From positions 186,001 to 250,000 of the forward strand of contig JAPMXV010000050.1 of assembly GCA_026936335.1 (NCBI GenBank): DNA of 64,000 nucleotides, written 5' to 3'. Numbering within the stretch: the stretch's first letter is position 1; each line of letters opens with the position of its first letter. This document shows positions 45,292-55,159 of the stretch, piece by piece. The notes beneath the pieces were generated by a model. The model was not told the DNA's origin and searched no databases. It worked only from the letters and a program-made list of their open reading frames with translations. Origin of the DNA: Mantamonas sphyraenae STR306. Lineage: Eukaryota > Protista > CRuMs. The position numbers were made by a program, and so were the translations under genes.

Positions 45292-47912
45292 TCATCCGCT
45301 GCTCTGGCCGTTGCCCTCAGTGTCAAAGGCGCTCCAGCGACACTCGGGACAGATGGACTTGCGCTGGAGCCACTCGTCAATGCACTTTGCGTGGAAGGAG
45401 TGAAAACAGGGCAGTGTGCGCAGGACGTCGCCGTCCTCGTAGGGCTCGAGGCAGATGAGGCAGTTGTCTTCGCTCTCGCCGCTGGCAATGCTGTCTGCGT
45501 CGTCAAAGGCCAGCTTCTTTGCGTTGGAGGAAGAGCTGCCGCCGCCCTGGGCTGTGTCTTGATGCAAGAGCAGAGAGGAGGTTTCCTTGGTGTCGAGGTC
45601 AAGGTCCAGGTCCTCGTAGGATTCGTTGTCGTCGTCGAGGCGGTGCATCTCGATGGTTTGCTGGTGTGCAGCGTGTGCATGGGACGTAGCCTTGTAGACG
45701 CGTGTGGGCAGCCTGTCGATGGCTCGTCGAGAGGCACCCTGGCGCATGGCGCGGCGTGCACGACGCAGTTGCTCTCGTTGGAACTGGGCAACATACTGCT
45801 GGTGCTGCTCGGGGTTGTCCAACACCACAACGCTTACCTCGTAGCCGTTCATGGACGGGACGAGGACGTTGATGGTGGCTGGGCCTCGGCGTGGCGGGTC
45901 GTCGTCGTTGATGATGCCCTGGCGGCGTCTGCGCTGGCGTTCTTCCATGCGACGTGCTTCGGCTTCGTGCATGAGCTGCTGTTGACGACGGTAGTGGCAC
46001 TGGCGCACGAGGGAGGTTGTGAGCAGCCCTGCACTGAGAGTGAGGAGGAGAACAAAACGAAAGAACATTTCGTTGCGTTCGTCGTCGTTGTTGTTGGCCT
46101 TTCCGGTGGGCATGCTGTCCGGAGAGGCACAGGAGTGTGGATAATAAAGAAAGTAGGCACCACGGAGGTGGATATTGCGTGCGGCGGTGCTGAGCGTGGG
46201 GGGCATGACGTGAAAGGTGCGTCCACAGTCCAGACATTCACCGAGCCACTCGGGACCACGCGGTACAAACACATCCAAGTGCACAGCAGCCTTGCTGAGC
46301 CAAGCGGGAGTGCCGTTGACGGGCAGGGCCAGGACGAGGCGTGCGTCGACAAAGATGCGCAGTTGCGACGCAGACCATTGGATGGCATAGTCGTGCATCT
46401 TGCCGGCGAGATCGCCATTGAAACGGACGATGCTTGTGGCCATGGGTTGTCCAGGCACCTGGTACTGCACCATCAGCCAGTACTCGAGACCGAGGGCGTT
46501 CCAATCAACATCGACAGCCTCTTGACGGGCGTCGGAAAAGATCATGAGGGAAATGGAGCCGTGGGCGTCGAGCGGGTCTTCAGACGTGTTGTGTGAAGTG
46601 AGGGAGATGCGCGAGACGACGCCTGGGGCTTCATCGGGCACCTGGAGGGCCATCTCGACTGTACCCTGGTCAAAGAGGGTCTTTGAGGAGATGCGAGCTG
46701 CGGTGTAGGTGGAATTTTGTGCGGGTGTGTCGCGTGTGGCGACAAGGACCAGCTGCGATGTTTTGCTGCTGTAGAGCACCTGGTTTGGGTCGTAGGAGGA
46801 GTGTGCTTGTCGGGCCGTGGTTTCGCCGCAGAGGACGGGCATGGACGCCGGTCCTGTGGCGAGGGTCCATCGGTGGTGGTCCGAATTGGCCAGTGCGATG
46901 CCAAAGGTGGGTCTGCAGCGACGTTGGGCTTCGACAGCGGCGGAGACGTCGCTGTACATAAACTGGGAAACGGCAACGTTGACGCGGGAGGTGTTTGCGG
47001 GCATATACGCGACAATGGCAGGGTTGCTGGCCCAGAGAACAAGGTCCCAGGAGACGGGCACCTGTGTGGATGGGGATGGGGAGGGGAGGGGGAAAGTGTG
47101 TGTGTGAGGCGGGGGCAAAAAGGAGTGGCTGGGACGAGTTTCGGGGCCATTTCGGGGAAGCGTACCTGAGGAATAGGCAGCCCTGCAAAGACATTGGAAG
47201 GGTCAGGGGAGCCGTCGGAGGGGGATGGAGTGGAAGAGGAGACGCTGTGGACGAGCTTGGAGTCGATGTACCACTGGACGGAGGTTGCGTCGCGTGTGAG
47301 GGCGATGCTGTGCTGCTTCTCGCACAGATCGACGTTTGCGTCGAGGACAAAGGAGCGAGAGCCCATGCGGAGTCGTACACGGGAACAGACCTTGGAGGCC
47401 GGGTAGGTGTCTGGGTTGGGCCCAAGGATGTCGATGGAAAACACGGGGCTGCCGCGGTGGCGGGCCTGCAAGGAGACGACGGTGTGAGGAAGAGGAACGC
47501 CTTGGAGGAGCGACTCGACCAGGCCAAACGAGGTGTTGACGACTGAGCGGTACATGGAGGAAGTCCAGCGGCGAGTGACGTTGCCTTGTGAATCGGAGAG
47601 ATTGCTGTACTGCATGCTGAGAGTCATCTGGTGTTGGTAGGGAGTGCCGAGACACACAAGCCGGGGATCAAAGGCGTCGACGATGCCGTACGCAGACACA
47701 TTGTCCTGGCGCACCTTGAGGAAGGTGGCTGGACTGGGTGCGTCCATGGGCTCAAGGAGAGAGACAGCCGCAAACGGGCTGGTCTGCTCGACGTCGACCG
47801 TGAGAGAGGCGGCGCGGACCGGAAGTTGCGGGGCAGCGACAAAGGCGAGGATGAACAGGGCGGCGAGCGGCAAGCCGCAGCGAGCACGCTGCAGTTGAGC
47901 CTCCCAGTGCAT
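45292..47912 (-). CDS. Type I membrane RING-H2 E3 ligase with two GH16/ConA-like extracellular domains
   Basis: Signal peptide; [22 protein letters not shown] and [22 protein letters not shown]; [22 protein letters not shown]; [11 protein letters not shown]; CLICLEPY...[16 protein letters not shown]...CPECR; intron 47062-47165. Confidence 0.85.
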
Positions 47913-47998
47913 TCGGTGTGTGTGTGTTGGGTGTGGAGGACGAGTGTGGAGATTGGTGTTGCGCGGATGGGGCAAAGGCAAGCACGGACCACACGCGG

Positions 47999-48985
47999 AT
48001 GGGTCGGAAGAAGAAGGCGCTGCTGCCGGACTACTATGGCAACGACAGCAACGAAGACATCCTGGGCCTGGAATGGGAGCACAGGAAGAAGGAGGACAGG
48101 CGGCAGGGCAAGGTGTTTGACCTGGCGCCGGGAGAGGTGGAGCGAAGCAGCAATCGAGGCAAAAGCAAGGCACGGCTGAAGCGCGAGGCAAACAAGGAAG
48201 CGGCAGCACTGGCAAAGAGGAAGCGGCAGCAGGAAAAGCGAGCTCGCAAGCGGGAGCGAGAGGCGGCAGGTCTTGAGGAGGAGTCGGAAACGGACGGGAA
48301 GCGAGCACGAGCGGGGGTGGCGAACGAGGGCGGCGGAAGCAGCAGCAAGAAGAAGAAGAAGAACAAGAGGAAGAAGGAGTCGCGAGAGATTAAGCCAGTG
48401 AAGCTGCTGGACGCGGGCAAAGAGGTTGTTTTTGAACCACGGCGGGAGGGGGAGTCGCTAAAGGCGTTTCGCATTCGCATCAACCAGGCGACGAGCGAGC
48501 GGCTGGCAGCCATCGAGCGGAGGCAGAACGGAGTGAGCGAGAAGCGCAAGGCGTTTCTGAAGGGACGCAAGGAGAAGGAAAAGGCACGAAAGGCAGGGGT
48601 GGTGGAGGTGGACAAGGAAGAGCTGGAGTACGACGAGCACGGGAACTTGGACATGCGGAACAAGCGTGTGGTGGAACGGGAGCTGGATGATGAGTTTGGC
48701 CATGCGGAAAAGGTGGAGTATGGTGACGTGGTGGATGCACCGCCGAAACTGCGTGTGCGGCCGCGGCTGAAGAAGACGACGCAGATGCTGGTGGATGCCA
48801 AGAAGAAGATGGAGGCAGCGGCAGCGGCGGCGGCAGGCAAGCAGGAAAAGAAGAAGAAGGCACAGCTGCGTGACCAGGCGTATGCGGCGCTGCGTGAGCA
48901 GGTGAAGCAAGCGTACAAGGAGCAAAAGGTGCGTGCGCGTAGCGAGCGCGGCGAGGGTGGAGAAGGAGCGGCAAGCTACTTGTGA
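47999..48985 (+). CDS. CCDC137-like basic nucleolar coiled-coil protein
   Basis: RREGESLKAFRIRI, EKRKAFL, EKVEYGDVVDAPPKL, LREQVKQAYKEQK. Confidence 0.7.
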   Translation: MGRKKKALLPDYYGNDSNEDILGLEWEHRKKEDRRQGKVFDLAPGEVERSSNRGKSKARLKREANKEAAALAKRKRQQEKRARKREREAAGLEEESETDGKRARAGVANEGGGSSSKKKKKNKRKKESREIKPVKLLDAGKEVVFEPRREGESLKAFRIRINQATSERLAAIERRQNGVSEKRKAFLKGRKEKEKARKAGVVEVDKEELEYDEHGNLDMRNKRVVERELDDEFGHAEKVEYGDVVDAPPKLRVRPRLKKTTQMLVDAKKKMEAAAAAAAGKQEKKKKAQLRDQAYAALREQVKQAYKEQKVRARSERGEGGEGAASYL

Positions 48986-49009
48986 GTGGGGTTGCACTCC
49001 TTTATTTTT

Positions 49010-51502
49010 CTACTCTTGTTTGTCGTCTGTGGAAACGGGCGGAAGGCCACGAAAGAGGGTGCGGGCGGGGTCGGGGTGGAGGAGATTGGCGAGGACGAGG
49101 ACGTTTGTGGCGTAGTAGACAGCGGTGGCAAGGAGCTCCCATCGGAGGGGGCCGCCACGGAAAAGGTACTCGTGGGTGAGCCAGAGGAGGGCAGAGAGGG
49201 ACACGGGGGTGCCCGAAGTGTACAGGAGAGCGGGAAAGGCGTAGAAGTACCAGCACATAAACGGAGTGTACAGGCCGCGTGCAAGGGTGACAAAGATGTG
49301 GTTGGTGGCAAAGAGAGAGACGGCAAAGAGGCGCTGGTGGTGGGAGAGGGTGTGTGCGCGTGTGTGGTGTGCGCGGAGGCGGAGGAAGAAGAGGGCAAGG
49401 AGGATGAGAATGGTGACGAGGGTGGCGCGGTGGAAGAGCGGGCTGTCGTAGATGTGGCGACCAACAAACTTGAAGTTGCGTGTCTTTTCCCAGAGGAGGG
49501 TGCGTGAGAGATCAAAGGCGGTGGCAATGTAGGCGTGTGCGTTTGCGCGGAGGAAGGGGTAGCCGACGATGAGCTGCGTTGCCAACATGTAGACACCCTG
49601 CATGATGGTGGAGGTGAGCCCCAGGTGGGAGAGGTAGAGGTAGAGCATGGCTGGGCCGTAGAATACAAAGTTGAGCTTTGTGGAGAGGACAAAGGAGTAG
49701 AGGACGGAGGCGGCGGTCCAGCGACGACGGAGGAGGAGGGCGATGACAAGGTACATGAGAAGGACGGAGGGCATGTCGTTGATGACAACGCGGACGTTGT
49801 AGAGGTGGAGGCGATTGGAGAGGAACGGGAGAAGGGCAAGGAGGGGCGGGATGCGGAGATGGTCGCGGGTGAGACGGTAGGTGAGCTGGAGGAGGGCAGC
49901 CTCGAGAAGGGCCCAGAAGAGCTGAAAGGCGAGGAGGGAGCCGCTGGTGAGGCGGACGAGGAAGAGGTAGAGCCAAACAAAGCCTGCCGGGTAGGTGTTT
50001 GGGCCATGGTAGTGCATAAAGGCGGCATAGTTGCGTGTCTGTTCGTGGTCAAAGTGACGTATGTGGTGGAGGTGTGCGGGCCAGTCGTTGACAAAGGCAG
50101 GCTGTGCGAGAGCCTCAAAGATGGAAAAGGCGAGGAGGCCAGCGGTGAGGAGGGAGGCAATGTGGTCTGCGTAGCGTGTTGGAGTGGCAAGGCGGGGCGC
50201 AATGGCTGTGTCGATGGCATGAAAGACGGGCTGGATGGAAAAGAGGAGGATGAGGGTGACAGCGACGAGGAGGTAGGTCTGGGGCTGTTTGAAGAGACCG
50301 CGATCCTGGAGCTTGGAGTCGAGCGGGGCGGGTGGGAGATAGAAGGAGGAGATGCGTGCGACAGATTGGCAGTTGGGAACCTGCGGGGCAGCAGAGCGAA
50401 AGACGAGGAGGCCTGCATCTGTGGCAAGGAGGAGAAAGTCGTGTCGGAAGCGATGGAAAGCCAGGGCATTGATGGAACGGTTGAGACGCAGGTGTTGGAT
50501 GGGAGTGTAGGATTCGTTGTGAGGGGTCCAGCCATAGAGAGAGATGGCGCCTGAGGAAGCATGTGCTGTGGCAATGAGGCGACCGTCGGCAGAGGCAGCG
50601 AGGAGGTCTATGGGGGCATGGGGCGTGAGGAGCTGGATGCGCTCTGTGAGGGAGTCGTAGACAGAGACCGAGTGCGGGGACTCGATGCGAAGCATGGCCG
50701 AGTGGACACGATGAGAAGGGCAGAGGGCACGGTCAAACTGGAGGGTGTTTGGAGCGTGTTGCGGGGCGAGTGGTCGTGGTGGATGGTGGGGCTGGTCGAG
50801 GTCGAGGGCGTGCCAGGTGGACTGGTTACGCATGTAGAGGAGGTGATCGTAGTGTGAAAGGCGCATGTGATGTGCGTGGATGAGGCGAGAGGCGTTGTGT
50901 GGGCGCTGATGCATCTGCGGGTGGTTGCGGTCGAGGAAGCGAGGGCCGGAGGGGCGGAGGAGGTGTTGAGGGAGCGGGTCAAAGGACCAGACGTTTTGGT
51001 AGTCGTCCTGGGGAAAGATGACTTGGGCGTGGTTGAGGACGGGAGGGTTTGTGCGGCCGTCGACGAGGCGTGCGGCAGGAAGGACGAGGAGGATGGAGTG
51101 GTCGAGGAGGACGTGGAGGTAGGTTTGGTTTGCAGAGAAGGCACAGTGTGTGATGGAATGGGTGTGGAAGCGGTGGGGAAGGCGGAGCTTGGCGTAGTAC
51201 AAGTAGGGCCAGTGGGTTGATGCGTAGAGGGACGGGTACATGAGGACGCGGTAGACATTGATGGAGTTGTCTGCAAGGCAGGCGGCAATGTGCTCCTGGG
51301 AGTGGGAGATTGCAAGGGCACGCACGGGAGCGGAGCGCTCTGTGTGTGTGTCGAGGCCTGGGGCAGAGCGGCCTCGGAGGAGCTGGAAGTGGGCGTAGGA
51401 TGGGGCCGGGTGGGTGTCGATGGGAGCAGGCACGGGCACAAGGAGGTGCATGAAGAGAGGGAGGGCGAGGAGGGAGACAAGGAGGAGGTGGGACGTTTGC
51501 AT
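49010..51502 (-). CDS. ALG3-family GT-C mannosyltransferase-like protein with N-terminal WD40-like domain
   Basis: NDW...GPNTYPAGFVWLY, LSNRLHLYNVRVVIND, STKLN, AFDLSRTLLWEKTRNFKFV, FATNHIFVTLARGLYTPFMCWYF; N-terminal signal and WD-like strands (VRALAIS...DNSINVY; ASADGRLIATAHASSGAISLY). Confidence 0.82.
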   Translation of the reverse strand: MQTSHLLLVSLLALPLFMHLLVPVPAPIDTHPAPSYAHFQLLRGRSAPGLDTHTERSAPVRALAISHSQEHIAACLADNSINVYRVLMYPSLYASTHWPYLYYAKLRLPHRFHTHSITHCAFSANQTYLHVLLDHSILLVLPAARLVDGRTNPPVLNHAQVIFPQDDYQNVWSFDPLPQHLLRPSGPRFLDRNHPQMHQRPHNASRLIHAHHMRLSHYDHLLYMRNQSTWHALDLDQPHHPPRPLAPQHAPNTLQFDRALCPSHRVHSAMLRIESPHSVSVYDSLTERIQLLTPHAPIDLLAASADGRLIATAHASSGAISLYGWTPHNESYTPIQHLRLNRSINALAFHRFRHDFLLLATDAGLLVFRSAAPQVPNCQSVARISSFYLPPAPLDSKLQDRGLFKQPQTYLLVAVTLILLFSIQPVFHAIDTAIAPRLATPTRYADHIASLLTAGLLAFSIFEALAQPAFVNDWPAHLHHIRHFDHEQTRNYAAFMHYHGPNTYPAGFVWLYLFLVRLTSGSLLAFQLFWALLEAALLQLTYRLTRDHLRIPPLLALLPFLSNRLHLYNVRVVINDMPSVLLMYLVIALLLRRRWTAASVLYSFVLSTKLNFVFYGPAMLYLYLSHLGLTSTIMQGVYMLATQLIVGYPFLRANAHAYIATAFDLSRTLLWEKTRNFKFVGRHIYDSPLFHRATLVTILILLALFFLRLRAHHTRAHTLSHHQRLFAVSLFATNHIFVTLARGLYTPFMCWYFYAFPALLYTSGTPVSLSALLWLTHEYLFRGGPLRWELLATAVYYATNVLVLANLLHPDPARTLFRGLPPVSTDDKQE

Positions 51503-51507
51503 TGACC

Positions 51508-53608
51508 TCAGAAGGAGACGATGGTGTTGTCGATGGGTTGGCGGCACTGGGGACATGAAACGAGGGAGGAGGCGCAGCGTTGGCAGATGGTGTGGCGGCA
51601 GGGTTGGAGGAGAGTGTCGATCTTGTTGTCAAGGCAGACGGGGCAAAGGACCTCGTCGAGGGAGGCGTTGAGTGTTTCGATGAGTTTGTCCTTGGCTTTG
51701 GAGACGGCCATGAGGCCAGCGAGGTGTGTGTTTTCGAGGGATTTGAGCTCTTTGAGGGAGAGGGTGTGGAGATCTGTGGGGTTTTGGAGGTTGGACAGGG
51801 TGGTGCGGAGGGCTTGGTTTTCCTCGCTGAGGGTTTTGAGAGAGGTTGTGAATGGGGAGGGAGAGGAGGTTGTTGTGGTTGTGGTGGATGCTTGGAGCTG
51901 TGCGTCGAGGAGCTGTTGTTTGAGGGTGTCGATTTGGGAATGGAGCTCTGCGATGAGGGCGGATTGGTCGAGGGTGGGTTCGGGGATGGAGGAGGAAGAG
52001 GAGGAGGTAGAGGAGGAGCTGGTGGTGCTGCGCAGGAGGCGGTCAAGGTCTGCCTGGGCCTGGTTGGCTTCGGTGAGCTGTTTGGAGAGGGATTGTTTGT
52101 CGTGAAGGAGATCGGAGGCAGTGGCAAGGAGGCAGAGATGTGTGCGCTCGTCACGGCCAAGGTTCTCGGAGAAGGAGGACATGGTGAGGGCAAGGTGGCG
52201 GATGATGGTGTCTGCGGTGAGGACCTCGCTGCAGTGGCAGTGGCTGCGGTTTGCAGAAAGGCAGGTGTCGTGGAGGAGCGCATTGTGGACCCAGTTGTTG
52301 TCGAGGAGGTGGATGGAGAGGCAAAGGGAGGCGGGGGACGGGCCAGAGTCGATGTGGAGGTGCTCAGAGGCGAATTGGACAAGGGAGAGGGAGTCGAGCT
52401 TGAGGTCTGGGAGGTGGGTTTGGGTGATGGACAGAGCGGCGGCGAGGCGCGAGACCTGGGTGTTGGAGAGGTCTGCAATGTCGATATGGCGGAGGACTAG
52501 GTCGACGCTGGCTGTGGTTTGCTTGGTGGCGTTGAAATGGGCTGTGATGAGGGAGGCCAGGGTCTCGGAGACCGGAACCGGCTCGAAGCCAAGGGTGGTG
52601 AGCTCGGCGAGCTCTGTGGTGGAGGCGTTGTGGACAGGAAAGGCAGAGGGGCCGTTTTGGTCTATGAAATTGGTGGCCAGGAGGGAGAGGGTGCTGTCTG
52701 AGAGGTGCCATCGGGCCTGGGCGACGTCTGCGGTGACGCGGCCCTGATTGAGGAGGTCAGCATACCGAGGCAGGAGGTTTGGGTGTGTGCGTACGGCCTC
52801 GGCCCAAGCGGCAGAGACGGCGGTGGCGAGGTCGCCGGCCTTGACGATGGCGCGGCGGTCGCGATCAATGTCGAGGGTGGGGAGATCGACGCCCGTGGCG
52901 AGGTCGTCGACGTCGGCGACAAAGAACTGCTTGACGTAGAGCTTGCCCGCGTATGAGTCGCCGAGAAGGAGGGTGCCGTGGGAAGTGCGCACGCACTCGT
53001 CGGGGGGCGTGAGGAAGAGGAAGTTGGGTGCGAGTTTGGCCCAATCGAGGTCTGGAAGCTGGATGACGGTGCGTGTGTCGTCGGGATTGAGGGAGGTTGT
53101 GTCCAGTGGGCTGATTTCGATGGAGAGGACGCGCTCGCCGCCAAACTCGTCGTCGGCAAGGAGGCAGAAGGTCCACAGCTCGCGGTTGGTTTCCATTGGA
53201 GATGCGGGCGCCGTTGCGGATGAGGGCGAGGGCTCCGACCTTGAAACCCTCGCCAAACTGGCCGACACTTTTTGCGTCGTTGCGCTTGGAGGAGGCGCCG
53301 ATGAGGAGGACCTTGCGGGCGAGGGAGACGTGGTGGTTGAGGAGAGTGATGGAGAATTCCCCGTGGTCGACGGAAATGGAACCGAGCGGAGTGCGGGAGG
53401 TGGACACGTTGACGTCGCGGTAGGCGGTGTAAGTGTGGTTGTTGAAGGCCTGTTGTGTGTCGATGGCCACGCCGGTGGAGTCTGCGGCGTCGTTTACGCC
53501 GTCCCACCAATTCTGCACAAACTCTCTCAGGCCGTCCTGTGGAGTCCAGAAGGGGGCGTAGTCTGCGGTGAGGCTGAGTTTGATGGTGGAGGGTGACGGA
53601 GTGGACAT
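51508..53608 (-). CDS. GHKL (Bergerat-fold) ATPase + coiled coil + C-terminal RING-HC protein
   Basis: LSLTADY..WT..DGLREFVQNWWD (N-box), LLIGASSK, VGQFGEGFKVG (G-box), LDIDRDR; RING CPVC...PCRH.IC..C...CPQCR; 1-nt frameshift near 53196. Confidence 0.8.
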
Positions 53609-53661
53609 GGAGTCTGATGTGCAATGCGAAATGGGTTTTGATTGAGTTGTGCCGTGCACGC

Positions 53662-55079
53662 TCACGCCGACTCGATGGTGGAGCCAGAGTTTGCTGGGAG
53701 GCCGAGGCCAAAGGGATCCTCCTGTTCGTGGAGACCAGCCTCGGTGTGGAATTTGTCGATGTGGTCGCTGACGGCAACGCTGAGGGATTCGTCGTGGCGT
53801 TGGACGTCGACGTCGTGGACGTGACTGACCTCGAGAGCAAGGAAGCGGGAGGAGGAGGAGGAGCGGCGGGTGAGGGAAGGGCGAGGGCGCTGTTTGGGCT
53901 GGGCCTTTTCTGTGGAAGAGGCAGAGGCAGAGGCAGAGGCAGAGGCAGCGGGGGCCTGTGTAGGCTCCTGGGCGTGTGTGCCGTCGTCCTGGGGCGAGTT
54001 GCCAAAGCCGAGGCCAAACACGTCTTCGTCGTGGTCCATGACGGGCTCCTTTTCGTGGTGGAGGAATCCAGTGAGCTGTGGCGAGATGGTAGAGTCTGCA
54101 TGGGGCGGGACGGCAGCGTCGAGGGCGTCGACATTGAGGTGGAGGAAGGAGGAGCGGCGTCTAAGTTGTTCTGCGGCGTCTTTGGTTTGGTCGTCGTCGC
54201 CGCGGAGGCCAAAGGGGTCCTCTTGCTGTTCATGGAGCTGCTGGTCGGCTTGGGCGAGCTTGGGAGCGGCGTTTGCTTTGACGGCGGCGACGTTGAGGTG
54301 GAGAAATGAAGTGCGGCGTGTGTTTTCGGGAGGAGGAGGATGGGTTGTGTGGTCATCGTCGTCACGGAGGCCAAAGGGGTCCTCCTGTTGTTCGTTGAGC
54401 TGTTGGTCGGCCTGGGCTTGCTGCGGGGTGGAGGCCGGGCCGAGGGCGGCGAGATCGAGGGTGAGAAACTGCTTCTTGCTGGGGAGGGTTGCTTCTGCGC
54501 CGTGGCCGAGGCCAAAGGGGTCTTCGTCGGCGTGCATGCGTGCCTCTGTGGGAGCCACGGCGATGCCCGTGTCGGCGAGGGTTTCTGTTTGCACGGTGAG
54601 AAAGCGAGGGGCCGTGCGTTTCCTGAGGCGCATCGGGGGAGCACTTTGGGGCGTTGTGGAAGAGGTGGACGAGGAGGAAGAGGACGAGGAGGAGGAGGAG
54701 GAGGCGAGGTCTGCGTCTTGGGCGAGAACAATGCCAAAGGGGTCGTCGTGTTCGTCGCTGGGCTGTGCGTGTGCAGGCTGGGTGGAGGGCGAGGGCACGT
54801 TGATGGAGAGGAAGCCCAGGGATTTCGACCGCGAGCGCTCTGGGGCTTGTTTTCACGCTGGGCTCGCCAGGCCTGGATGTTTTCTGTGGTAAAGACGTCG
54901 TGGTCGGTGGCAGAGTCGTCTCCAAAGCCAATCTGGAAGACGTCCTCGCTCTCGTGGAGCTCTGCGTCGTCGAGCGGTTTGCGCTGGGCGACAGGCGGGG
55001 CCTGTGTGTTGATGCTGAGCCTTGCGGCAAAGCCAGCCTTCTTTGAGGCGGCAGGAGAGGATGGGGTGTCTTCAGACAT
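53662..55079 (-). CDS. Intrinsically disordered protein with about 7 alternating FLxLxV and EDPFGL motifs
   Basis: Repeats visible in DNA (gccaaaggggtc on +) and protein; 1-nt frameshift in a C-run near 54843. Confidence 0.75.
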
Positions 55080-55159
55080 GGCGGGGTTTGGTTTGGGTGG
55101 GGTTGGGCGGGGTCGGGAGAAGGCGAGGCACGCAGCCGGGGCAAAAGCAAAACGGTTCG

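Noticed and set aside
53662-54800. Regularly recurring gccaaaggggtc DNA motif resembling a CRISPR-like array
   Set aside because: Copies are short, degenerate at synonymous positions, irregularly spaced and in frame; they encode DPFG protein motifs.
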